From contig OZ199838.1 in assembly GCA_964304625.1 (NCBI GenBank), positions 6,304,144-6,368,143 on the forward strand: DNA of 64,000 bases, read 5' to 3'. Of the stretch, positions 1-12,424 are shown piece by piece. A program made the position numbers and the translations under genes. The notes below the pieces were generated by a model. It was not told the DNA's origin, did not search any database, and was given only the letters and a program-made list of their open reading frames with translations. Every line of letters starts with the position of its first letter. Position 1 is the first letter of the stretch. The DNA is from Kudoa neothunni. Its lineage: Eukaryota; Animalia; Cnidaria.

Positions 1-485
1 AGCAGCTACGAATATTATCGAAGCGAGTCACAGTCACTCTAATTTAGCCGATTTTATATATTAGCAATCTATATTGCTACTCGATCTTCAAAAAACATAT
101 TTCAAATAGACGTATCGTTCACATACGACACAACATAAAGAGGGGAAAAATAATATTAATATCTTTATTTATCAATAAATTATAAAAAATATGAATATTT
201 AAATGTTAATATCTGCTAAGCTTTACCTTTTCAAATAAATAAATAAACAAACTCCAAATTAAGGATGAAGTCCATGCAGTTGATAGCTTTTAATTTATTC
301 GCAGCAACGTACCGTAGGAACCGAGTGTTACGAAATAACAAAATCACTATTAGAAATTAACCATTTTTATTTCAATCGATTCAAAAACTAATCGCACTCA
401 ACGACTGGGTGTGAAAATAGCAGCTGCCATGCTTCCTACCGTTTCCTTGGTAATCCTGTTTCCGAATTAGCACGAAAATAGAATT

Positions 486-2853
486 ATGGAGAGCCTCAAG
501 GATAAACTCATCAAAAACGCTTTCTCGGACGATATTACAATAGATTGGAATTCTATCGTCAAAGCTGATTCGAAATCGAACCTCAAGTCAGACAACTTTG
601 ATTCCAATGTGCCAGATTATTCAAGAAGAATATGGAAAGTATAATCATTGCCTTTTCAGTTGCACAGCGCAGCTGAGAATAGAATATATTTGTAAAATAA
701 TCGAATTTTAGGTGGCCGATTGGCTTTCTAGCGGAACGGACCAACTGAATAAAACTGATGATAGTGACGTAGAAAATGATGATAAAGATTTTTTGTCATT
801 AATTACACCACAATCCAATTCAACCAAATCTTCAAAGTCTCATTCTTCGAGATATCGTTTTCCCAAATATAACGTAGAAATATTTATGATGTTAGTTGTG
901 AACCGAATTTCTCGTGACTTTAGAAATTCTCAACCAACAACAACTATAACAGATATCGTGGTCAAACCAATAATACCAGCAATTGTATTTGAATTTAAAT
1001 CAATTATTATCGATTGTTTATATTTATTTTTAATAGATACAAATCAACCTAAAAAGAATACTGTTGTTTCTACCCATAGAAACAAAACGATGAATTATAA
1101 TCGATGTCAGGTAGATGTTTAATTTTTTTCCCCAGAATGTGATATTATTGATCAAATTTTTACTAACTATAATAGTACAAATGGTTCCTTAAACCATCTA
1201 TCCAACTGAAAGAAACTTGGGAAGAGGTAGTAGCATTTGACTTTGCTAAAATATCCAAAATCAAAAACACTAAATTACCCACTGTGAATGATGTGTATGG
1301 TTTCAATGGTTATGTGAATTTTTAAGCATAATTTATTTTAGGATGTGGTGTGGTAAGCTGAATCGATACAATACCAATTTCGATTCCACCAGAAGAAATC
1401 CTGCCCCATTAAAAGCTCACGAATCTACGCAATTTTCGGTTGCCGCCTCAGAAGATCCTGTTATTCGAAATGTAAACTCTCTTAAATGATCTGTAGCTAG
1501 TATAAATTAATGTCGATATGTTTTTGTATATAGCAAGTGGACAGTGCCGAGATTTTCGCTACTGACATTGTCATTTCCACGTTGATGACTTGTGTTAAGT
1601 CGTTAGCGTCGTGGCATATAGCAGTTGTGGTAATTCGAGGTAGATTTTAATGATTCTATAGTTTTTTAATGGGTAGAAAATTGGCAATTTCATTTTTCTT
1701 GATAAAAGACATGAATCCGGAGTTGGTATGTTATTGTTGTTTTTTCTTACGACTCTCTTTCGTCAACCAACACTAACCAATATTTTTTTAAAGATTTGTC
1801 GTATGTGTGTGAAAATGCTAGGGATCCACCTTTTGATATGGACATCAATTCACCACTTGAATTGGCGCTTGAAGCCACACGCACTCATCAGAAATATCTC
1901 ACTCAATGTACTATTCATTCTGATGTGCTAACTATGGACAACGCCGATCCTTTCCTATCGCAGTCTGCCATCGAAAACAGCAGTCAATCAAAAAATAAAT
2001 CATGCTCTGTTGCTTATCGATACCGATTGTTTACACTCCCAGACAACTCGAATATGTTGGTCAGATGTTGTCATGATGCATTCACTTCCGATAGCGTTGG
2101 TAATCAAGATCAATCCAACGCGGCCGAATACGTCGATATATACACTCTTCTCCAATGGTCCTCCAAAGTAAATGCTGTTCCGATGTGTTTTAACAGAGAG
2201 ATTGATTGTCTTGTTACATTAAGTTACATCGTGTGGATTGGAAAAGCAAATTTTTTGAACAATCTGGATCAATTTTGGCCTCCGAAATCAAACTCAACAA
2301 CAACAAGGTTGCTCGATGGACTGCAAAAGCTTTGCTCAGTGGCACCAATAAAATTAAAATTGGGTAGTTGTTGCTATATAAATCGCCATATTTTGTTAAA
2401 TCTAATATTTGTTTGTAGATTTATCTCCCGTGACGACCTGCGTATCAACAAATCTCATTGTATTGTTGGTTCAACCACTTGCCAGCCTGAAAATCTTGCC
2501 AGCATGATTGATTTTAATTATGGCAACGCATGGGGAATCGTCTACCATGTTCTCGATCACATCAAGTCTCTTCCCGATGGAACATTTATTCTCGCCAAAG
2601 TTCCACTTAAAGTAAAGCTCATATTTTCATTCAACCTTACAGATAGATTATGCGTAAAATTTGTTGTTTTTAGAACACTCTTCAGCTGTACAGAACCCCC
2701 GACTCGAACCTCCCCAGTGAAGATGATGTGGATGTAGATGTGGAAGTTGATGAAAGTTTCCCTCTTGGCGATGGATATGAATGTAGTTGGATCGAATTCC
2801 CGATTATTTATTGTATTAATTTTCTTCTAGATGATGATATTCTTTTTGAATGA
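486..2853 (+). CDS. eIF3d: Eukaryotic translation initiation factor 3 subunit D, about 13 exons
   Basis: Manual splicing at GT-AG sites gives eIF3d motifs in order: RIWK|VADW, CGKLNRYN, SEDPVIRN, IFATDIVISTLMTC..SWHI, FLDKR, INSPLELALEAT, YRYRLF, DWKSKF, NNNKVARW, IKIG|FISR, NAWGIV, LPDGTFIL, then an acidic tail. First intron 639-711. The last exon (stop at 2851-2853) is less certain. Confidence 0.92.
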
Positions 2854-3595
2854 TAGTTTGTACACTATAAATTCACTCATTCCATCACTTAGATTAGTTA
2901 CGGTCTTTGTAATTGTTTTTTGGTGAACATTTATTTTATCGAAAAAGCCGCTGATACAATAGTATCCTAAATTGGTTGCTATAATTTTTAGAGGAAATCT
3001 AGTTAACATTTATACTTTTCAGTTCATAAAATGGTTCGCGACGTTTTTTTTTACGAATAAATAATTTTGAACAAATTAACCTATTAGTGTTTTCAATAAC
3101 AAAAAATTCCAAGTTTTTATGCAATGTTAGTATTTAATGAGAAAATTTTAGGTTGGTTTTTGGAATTAATAATTGTTCAACAATAAAATATTAATATTAG
3201 TACGATTTAAATGTTTGTTGATAGATAGATACAATATTAACTTTTTTATGTCTGAATTTTGTTGAGGTCTGAAGATAATATATTGTGTAAATAGGTCAAT
3301 TATAACGATTTATAGAATTAAAATGTTCAAAAATTTTGTTGATCAACCATTGTCGTCAAATTATAGGTAAAAATTCAATCCCATTCTAGTGTAATATAAC
3401 CATGTAAAAATTTCAGGCCGTATTTAAAATACATTGAAGTTTTAGTTTGTATCCGATCTGTTAACAATGGTTTAGTATAATCAATATGGTTACATCAATC
3501 AATATTTTTGTACACGCGCGCCATTTTGGGAGTTTAACTTTTCAGTTTCAAAATTATTCCGTAATTAAAAATATTAAAAGCTGAATATTTTAAAA

Positions 3596-4227
3596 CGGGT
3601 TCTCAACCATTTTGTCAAATTTACCCCCTCGACCTGGCGAAAAATCCAAAATTTCCCCCTTAATTTGTAAGCCGAATTCATATTTGCTTTAAGGGTTTAT
3701 ACTTTTTCTGCTAAGGCAGAGACTGTTCGCACGGTAAATTCTAATCCTAAAAAACATGTACACCTAATTAATGATAATTTTTAATCCCGAAAACTCTTAC
3801 TCGAAAGTTTCCCACATATTTAATTTGTTGAATTCAGCTAAATTTAATTATTTCTGTTCAAGCTCTTCCTTTTTCGACGTTAGAAATAATTAAAAAATGA
3901 CAAAATTAGTGGCGCCTTAATATTATTTATCATTCAAATAGTCACTTTAAGTATTATTATTAGACTACATCATTAAGAGATAACAGAGGCATAAAAGAAA
4001 GAGACCGATAACGGCTTAATAAATAATTGGTAAATATATATTATTAAAAACACTTTAAACATTTCTGTCAACTTCTAATTGAGTTTAATAGCCTTGAATA
4101 ATATAATTCTTTAAAAATCCTTAAATACGTCACAAACCATATTATATAAAAATTGATTTCATCAAATTTTGATGTAACTTAATTTATCTCGTGTCATTTA
4201 AAATTTTCCCCTGGTTTAGAACTCCTG
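3596..4227. mobile_element. hAT (Charlie/MER5-like) non-autonomous element
   Basis: Left end CGGGTTCTCAACC; right end reverse complement CAGGAGTTCTAAACC. The 8-bp flank TTTTAAAA matches TTTTAA..AG once the adjacent piggyBac is removed. Confidence 0.55.
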
Positions 4228-4233
4228 TTTTAA

Positions 4234-7030
4234 CCCTCCAAACATGCCAAAAACGACATATACCAGGCAGTTTTGGGATCAGGAGAACCCCAGATTTTTA
4301 TTTCTTATTTGATACAAAATATTATGAAATATAGTTACGTTCTTTTAAAAAGATTTTTACTCAAGCGATAACGAAATAATTATAACTTAGTTGTGCGGCG
4401 ATTGTAGTCGATGTCTTCCGAACGCTTAGTTATTAATTTTCAATTGTTAAATATTATTGAAATTATATTTTAATATACCATATGGTCTTGTCATAACATT
4501 ATCTAGATACGAAAAGGATAGTAGATGTTAATATTGTTGCAACTATTATTCATAACACTATGATCAAAAATACAACAGTCATCTTCTTCGAGATAATAAT
4601 AGTTTATATGTATAATAAAGTAATTTACTACTATCTTGAGGATTCTAATTCTTGATAATTAAAGGTCATTATTTTGTATTAATAGAATCCCATAGGTATT
4701 CTAACAGTAGAATTTACCAAAATTCAAAGAATATCTGAAAATACCTATGTTCACATGTAACAACATGATTCTGATTTTACCGATTCTTACAGTATTTCAC
4801 GACCAAGATGCAAACATGCCGCGCGCGCTAGTTATTTTTTAAGGATTAAGATATGCCTGCTGAACCAGAAATTATTAATAAAATAAAAAGAAAAAGAAAA
4901 TACGAAATTGTTAATAAGGAAGATTGGGAAAAGATTTTCCAACAACTCCAAGTACTCATATTTTGATATAATTTCTAAAGCCATTCAGAATGGGAAGACC
5001 AACCGTTAAATATCTGAGTCTCCGGACATTCATGAATCTACGATAAGTAGAATTGTCAAAAGGATAAATGAAACAGGGTCAGAAGAAATTAACGATTAGA
5101 AATAGAAAATATATATGAATAAAATTTAATCATCCTCTGTTATTTCAGCGTTACATAGCTTTGTTTAAAGTTTAATTGACATTTTTAAAAGAAAGTTTCA
5201 CATTTTAATAGATATGCGGCATGTTTGCATCTTGGTCGTGAAATACTGTATAATTTTTTAATAAAATTTTTTAAAATTCTATAAAATAAAATATTATCTA
5301 AATGATATTCATAAAAAAATCGGGCGCATCCACCGTTGCGAGCTCACGTAGAGGCCAATCATTCATAATAAAATATGGGTTAATAATTAAAAATGTAATA
5401 TATAACTAACCTTTACTGGTCATTTTTTGTTTTCATTTCTAACAAATAATTCTCGAATGTTTGTTGTAACAATGTTCGGAGCAATAATAACATTTTTTCT
5501 TTATTTTTATATCAGAGAATAGAGCGCATAAAATACCCCTTTTTCGTAATGGATGGGATATTGTCTACCTTACCCACACACCCTTAGTTTTGTTATAATC
5601 GACAATAACTTGAGGATTTTTTGTCTGATCATGGCATAAATTAACATTGTTTGAGGACGTCCCCAATAAATGACCGCGTTGTCCTTTTTAGGAAAGCTGA
5701 ACTAAAAAACTCCCCCCCCCCTATTCCTTGGTTTTAATAATTAATGAGATATCCCGTTTATTACGCCAGATAGTCTTCAGAAAACTCAAACTCAGGTTAG
5801 AAGTTTGTTTACCAACGGAATCAAAGTGGAAAAATTATCACAAAAAATGTTTCTACTAGCTTTTTCAAGCCCGACGAAAGCTCTAAAACAACCTTTTTAC
5901 CAACACGTTTAGTAATATGGTCATTGTTTCCTCCAAGGTAGACGAAAATATTACGTTCATAATTGGTATGAGGGTCAATTAAAAGAAAAAATTTCAAGAC
6001 ATAAACCGAACGTTTAGAGGGAATACACTACGTAAAGGGAAACCTGCCTCTCAATGAAACTAATTGTTCATCAACAGTAGGATGAGCAGAGGGAATTAGA
6101 CACATCGGCAAAATACTTTTCCACCTATTGAAAACTTCGGTTGCCAGGAAAAACTTATTGACTTCTCATCGCAAACTCTTGTCTCGCAGTCATCAAAGTG
6201 AACACTTCCATTTATTTAGGTGAACCTATACAGCAGCATGATTCTACGAGGTATATGATGTCCTTTATTCAAGCTCCACAATTGCTTAAGAGATTCAATT
6301 TTAGATTTAAAGATTGACATATATTTAATAATTCCTATGTATAGTTTATATTTCACTATATTTAGATTTTCCGTCTGCATCCGTAATGATGAAAAGCACC
6401 AAATTTATTAGTGTGAGTAATCGCAGAATTGAAAAATTCATCATCAAAAAAATGGAAAACTATCCCGTAAATTGCAAATTCGGGATGTTAAAAATGCAGT
6501 CAGACCTAGAGGTTTGTTTAAGATGTATTCTTTCTTGATGTTTGTATTTGAAGGCGCAAACGAAGGCCATAACACATTGTTTTTGTCCCTATACGTGTTC
6601 TTCAGGCCCCAATCATCAGAACAATTACAACGATGTGAAGAGAAACATTCTTCAATACAACTCTTTCATTTCTAATGGCCGGTAACAATTGGCATCGCTC
6701 GACTAATATCGGAAACATAACCCTTGATTTTTCTCAATATTTAATGGATGTAACCTTTCGGAGTCAAAGTATATTATTTTTTATAATTTTATAAAAGCTT
6801 TTGTGAAATAAAAAAGTGGGGTCTACCCCGACCCCAAAACTGCTTGGTGTAAGTATTTGATATAAAATCCTAGAAAACAAAAAATCCTAATTTTAAAAAT
6901 AAATTATGAATATATAGGAACTTTTAAAAGAATAATGATTGGATCCAGTTAATTTAACACTTTCAATGAGAAGTGAATTGAGATTAAAATCGGCGTGGGG
7001 TCCACTTCGACCCCAAAAATGCTTGGAGGG
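4234..7030 (-). mobile_element. Degenerate piggyBac transposon
   Basis: Ends TTAA|CCCTCCAAAC and GCTTGGAGGG|TTAA. Minus-strand remnants RGRFPF..CIPSK..LKFFLLID..TNY..IFVYLG and NIFCDNFSTL match the piggyBac transposase core. Many stops and frameshifts. Confidence 0.8.
4790..5248. mobile_element. Tc1/mariner-type MITE nested in the piggyBac
   Basis: Perfect 33-bp TIR CAGTATTTCACGACCAAGATGCAAACATGCCGC at both ends, flanked by TA. Confidence 0.85.
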
Positions 7031-7553
7031 TTAAAGAGATTTTCAACAGATTGAACGTTAGAATATATATTTTTCCATTTGAAGCAGATATATTATATAA
7101 TTATTAATAAGGACAATAATGAGTTTTAGATAATACAGAAAAATAATTTCTGTTTAACTTTTATAAATTAATTCCTTAACTTTTCAATTATAAATAAATC
7201 TTTTGAAAATATGACATTATATTTTTAACAAAAATCTTATATGGGATATATTATGATTATGCAAAAAAATAATAAATTTTATTGTTTAAAATGTCGCTAT
7301 TCCAAATTTTTTAACGCAAACCCTAATGTTATAATTCACCAAAATTAGTTTTAATTTTTTTAAATAGATAAAAACTATTATAACATTTCATAACCATTTT
7401 GAATAAAATATTGAAAATATAGCGACACAGAGGTACAATTTTTTTGTTTTTTTAAATTTAAATGAACATTGGGAAGGAAGGTATTAAAATTCGACAAAAA
7501 ATTACCGTATATACTCGAGTATAAGTCGCAGTCATAAACCAAAAATTTATTAA

Positions 7554-9886
7554 CCCTTTCAGTCCCATTGTTCACTGTAGTGAACAAACCATTATTTTGG
7601 CTACCACGTATTGAATAGACTTATATAGAAAACCAAAAGTAAATTAAACTGAAGATTTTAGTATTGAGATTGTAAATATTTTTAATTTATATCGTATTTA
7701 AGAACGAACAAAATTTTATTAAACGATACTTTTTACTAAATCCGGATTAAAAAATTGCAATCTTATTCTGTCTATAAAAGTATGTTTTAATTTATAAATA
7801 AAACAAAAAAAATATATTATAGATAATTATGATCAGTTTATTTTGTCAAATATTCACATTGATACAAAAGTAAACAAATGTACACAGCTTTAAAAGCATG
7901 TGTTCACTACGATGAACAACGGGCTCCAACGGAACTAAAATTTTGGATTATAATGGATCGCGATTTCAGAGCAACAAGGTCAAACAGTGGAAAAATACAT
8001 GCGGAAGTTATAGTTCTTCCTGATGCTGATATTTCAGATCTGGATGTGTATTCTGATGACGAATTTTATCCAATAAAAAGCTAAAATGTTAAGGAATCCT
8101 CTACTAGCTCGTCGGATGAATCGGTTGCTGTGGAAGAGGAAACAGATTTCAAATGGACTAAAGAAGGGCCCTGGATTGAGCGACCTGAAAATGTAACCAC
8201 GGATGAAAATTTTGAATAACTTGAAGATTTTCGTGAGCCAATAGACTACTTTAATTTCTTCTTTGGCAATGAACTAATGGAACTAATAATATCACAATCA
8301 AATATTTATTCCACTCAATTTGGATCGACTTTTCGAACACATGTTGAAGAAATTCAAAAGTTCATCGGCGTTCTTATTTTGATGGGCATCGTTAGGATGC
8401 CTCGTTACCGCTGTTATTGGAGTAAATCCCTGAATTATCCTCCTGTTTCGAATACTTTCTCCAGAATTCGTTTTCAGCAAATCCTCAAATTTTTACGTTT
8501 TAATAATAACGAAACTCTTATAACGAACCAAAACTCACCCACTTTCGATCGTTTCGCGAAAATTAGACCTTTTCTTGACCATCTCAGGATGGCATGCTTA
8601 AAAATAACCCCAGAAGTACGAAAATCAATTGACGAGCAAATGATTCCGTTTAAAGGAAAATGTAAAGCAAGGCAATACCTACCGAGGAAACCTTCAAAGT
8701 GGGGCTTCAAAGTTTTCGCTAGATGCGGTGTTAGTGGCATCGTGTATGACTTTCACATATATGATGGAAAAAGACCTACGGTTGCTCAAAGCTGTGGTCT
8801 AATCTCAGGAGACTTCGTTGTTAAACTATCCGAAACTCTCTCAACTTCAAATACATATTTTCTTTATTTTGACAACTACTTTACTTCCATCCCACTTCAA
8901 GTATTTTTAAAAAACCGAAATATTTACTCAATTAGTACAATTCGAAGAAATAGAATAAAGAATTGCCCTTTAACTCCCGCAAAGATATTCGAGAAAAATG
9001 GTCGCGGAGCGTATGAAAGAGCGCAAGATCTTCATCAAGGTATTGTGTTATCTCAATGGTGTGATGGCTCAATAGTTACATTGTCCTCAACTCATTCTTC
9101 TTTGGAACCTAGTCTCAGTGTAAGGAGATTTGATAAACGTCTCAAACGAATGGTTAATGTTGAGTGTCCTAATGTTATTTCTGAATACAAACACATGGGG
9201 GGGTGTCGATCTATCAGATATGCTGATGGCATTGTATAGATTAGAGCATAAATCTTTAAAATTTTACATGAAAATTTTCATGTGGGGTCTGGTCTAAATA
9301 CGGCCATTATTAATTCATGGCTGCTATATCGCAGAAACTCCATCATACGAAAGACGCCCAGAAAGGAAATGAAAGACTTGTTGTCATTTACAGAATCCAT
9401 TAGCGAATCACTCATCTATTATAGAAATCGGGTAGTAATACCAAAGCGAGGTCGACCAAGTCTGGATGCGTGTGAAGATTATGATGTCATCTCTTGCCCC
9501 AAACGTCAAAAAAATAATGTACTATCAGATTCTATTAGATTTGACAATGTTGGTCATTACCCTACGATGAATGAATCAAAAAATAGGTGCCGTCTATGTA
9601 AAAGGAACACACAGTTCGCATGTGTAAAATGTTTGGCTACTTGTTGAATTGTTAAAGGAAGGAATTGTTTTTATGATTTCCATGTAAAAAAAACTAATTA
9701 ATTATTAATAAAATTTATTTTTTTCTCATTTAAAAATTTTGTTTTTTTACCGTTGGAACCCGTTGTTCACTGTAGTGAACAAGACAAAATGTGATGAATT
9801 GGAACTTAGAGAACTCTTTTTAAATTAAAAATTAAAATTTCTTGTTTTTAATGCTCCTTCTATATAATAATTTTTTTTCGAAAGGG
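7554..9886 (+). mobile_element. piggyBac transposon (PGBD3-like)
   Basis: Ends TTAA|CCCTTTC and GAAAGGG|TTAA. The subterminal palindrome TTGTTCACTGTAGTGAACAA occurs near both ends. Confidence 0.92.
7953..9701 (+). pseudogene. piggyBac transposase, disrupted
   Basis: Motifs SIDEQMIPFKG, KPSKWGFK, YFDNYFTS, YKHMGG(VD) and a C-terminal CRLC..CVKC..C..NCFYDFH. Premature stops near 8083, 8217 and 9645, and a frameshift near 9200. Confidence 0.9.
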
Positions 9887-9985
9887 TTAATGCTTAAACA
9901 TTTAGCGATTTACAACGTATATTTTGAATAAAATCGAATTATTTAAGACAAATAAGAAAATATTCATTATACAAAAAATAAATGG

Positions 9986-11338
9986 TTATTTTAAAAAAAT
10001 TAACAAACTATTAATATTCATTGTCGTCATCATCATCCTTAGCTGACGAACACTCATCCTCATCAAAAAGGCGTAGCTTTGTTCTAATGTTGAAGTATCG
10101 TCGTGAATCAAATCCATCTCTTCTTCCGTATTATTGTGTATTTCGTCGTCTTCCCAGAGTATATCGTCTCCAATTCCATCCATCTCATTAGAAATGCCAC
10201 ATTTTTTGAACGATTTCTTAATTATACTCGTGTCTATGGAGAGCAAAGAGTCTTTAACCCATTTAGCTACCAATGCTAATGCAGGTCTCATAAAATTTCC
10301 TGATGCTGTCTTTTTCGCCAATCCGTCTGAGATCCATTTGATCCATTGATCGCGTACTTTACATTTGAATGGAAAATTTAAAGAAACATCTAAAGGTTGT
10401 AATATTGAGGGTAAGCCCGAAGGAATAACAGTAGTATCTGTTTTATAGTAGTTTTTGATACGCTGTTTGACATCATCAACGAGATGAGCTCGGAACATAT
10501 TCCAAACTAACAGACTTAGATTTTTATCCAAATTACCACTTGGGAGACGAGACCATACTTTCTGCATCCAAATATGAAGTCCTTCCACATCCATCCATCC
10601 ATCCATCCATTGTTTCTCGTGAACATGAATAACGACTCCAAGAGGGAATTATTCTTTGGGAAACGTTTTCCGTTAAAAAATTATCATTAGAGGCAATTTA
10701 GTTCCATCTGCCATACAGGTTAAAACGATAGTAAAGTGTGTTTTTTCGTGACCAGTTGTTCTAACCGTCAGTTTTGGTTCCTATATTATCAACTTTCTGG
10801 TTACCTGGAGCACCAAAAAACATAGGTGTTTCGTCCATGTTTCCAATCCGACTAAGATCATAATTTATCTTTTTCCCTATATCTGTAACAAATTTATGAA
10901 AGTTGATAATCTTGTAATCTAAATGGGGCGGAAGTTTTTGGCGAATTTTAGTCCTTTGTCTAAGAGCTAAACCATGTCTGTTCATAAAACGCGTGCACCA
11001 TCCAGCCGATACTTTAAAGTTTGAGGCCTTTATAATATCTTTTGATTTTTATCGAATCGATCCGCGCTTCACTACGTATCCGGTTTTTCTCATTTTATTT
11101 ATCCATTAGTTTAACTATTCCTCTTCGCGGATAAATTTAGACGTCTTTCCCCTATTGACTTTTCTTGAAACTGGCATTTCTTCCAACTGTAGAACAGATT
11201 TTCTCCAATCGCGTACCTGCTTTTCGCTAACTCCATTTTTATTAGCCGCAAGTCGATTCTTGTCACATTCGATAGCATATTTTGCAACTTTTAATTTTAA
11301 TATGGCGTCATAGCAATGTCTTTTTTAATAGAACTCAT
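9986..11338 (-). pseudogene. pogo/POGK-like DDE transposase, disrupted
   Basis: Brinker-like N-terminus (LKLKVAKYA..GVSEKQVRDWRK), SAGWCTRFMNRHGL, IGNMDETP, TGHEKTHFTIVL, WMD, LQPLDVSLN. Several frameshifts. Confidence 0.88.
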
Positions 11339-11698
11339 TATCCTAACATAAGTGAAATACAAATTAAATATCAACGAAACAATTTCGTCATTTTAATTAA
11401 AACAATATTTTTTTATATATAATGATAAAACATAGAACAAACTCATTACGGATGATTTATATACTTTACTAATTACCAGCCTAATTTTTACGTCGATGTC
11501 TCGCGTAAAGTCGCAAGCGGTTTTTGAGGTATAGCTTTTTGAAAAAAAGTGCGACTTACTTATACCCGAGTATATACGGTAGTAGCTAAAGAGTTTACTT
11601 TATACTGCGTGACTTAATAGTTGATAAACTTAACATATTGTTACTCATATTACGGGAGAAAGTGGCTATTGGCTTATTAAATAATATCCAGATGTCAA

Positions 11699-11798
11699 TA
11701 GTTTTGATTATACTTAATTATTTATGACCCCTAAGAATGAAGGAATGAGCCAGAAATAATTAAATGTTACAGACTTTAAAAAATTAGATCTGTATACG
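11699..11798. repeat. Dispersed repeat of about 70-100 bp with a hairpin; other copies at about 35339-35437 and 54528-54596
   Basis: Shared consensus TAGTTTTGAYTATAYTTAATTATTWMTG..CCTAAGA..CAGAAATAATTAAAT in three places. Confidence 0.7.
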
Positions 11799-12424
11799 TT
11801 TCTGTGAATAAGATAAGCCGGACTTAAAAATTAGTATATCGCATGAACATATTGGGATGGGGTGCCCGCACCTTAGGGGATGTGAACTTTGGTCTCAGGG
11901 GGCGAGTCCAGTTTTAGTTGAAAAGCTTTGTATTAGGATTAGAATTTGTCACTTCAATAGCCTTTGTCATTATGGACTTATTTATGATCATTATAAATCC
12001 AAAAACTTCAATATTATAATTTATAATATTGATTTTCGGATTTTTAACTCGATTTAGAGGAAGTATTGATCTATTTCACGTTTATGTAATTAAAAATTAC
12101 ATTAAATAATTTAAACCATTTTTTACACGAAATAGAAAAACCTTGTATTGTCTGTTACCTCTGAGTTGATTTTGTAATAAACGTGGAATTAATATATCTA
12201 CAACATTTAAATCCTTATTTTTTGTAATTAATTCCAATAATAATAATATCGATCAAGTATATATTAGGTCGATACAGAAATTCATGCAATCAAAATTTTT
12301 TTTCACTCTTGGAGTCCAAAGGCCATGTACGTAAAAATTACTTGATATAATTTTGTTTTGAACTATTTAAAAGCTCTATAATATTCATTATGGAAAGATG
12401 ACACTAAATTATATATTTTACTAA

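Larger units (their letters stand above)
7505..11579 (-). mobile_element. pogo-family (POGK/Passer-like) DNA transposon carrying a nested piggyBac
   Basis: Ends TA|CCGTATATACTCGAGTATAAGTCGCA and TGCGACTTACTTATACCCGAGTATATACGG|TA. Confidence 0.88.

Noticed and set aside
1-430. Possible divergent minus-strand gene upstream of eIF3d
   Set aside because: Splice-like signals exist, but no convincing frame or motif could be built.
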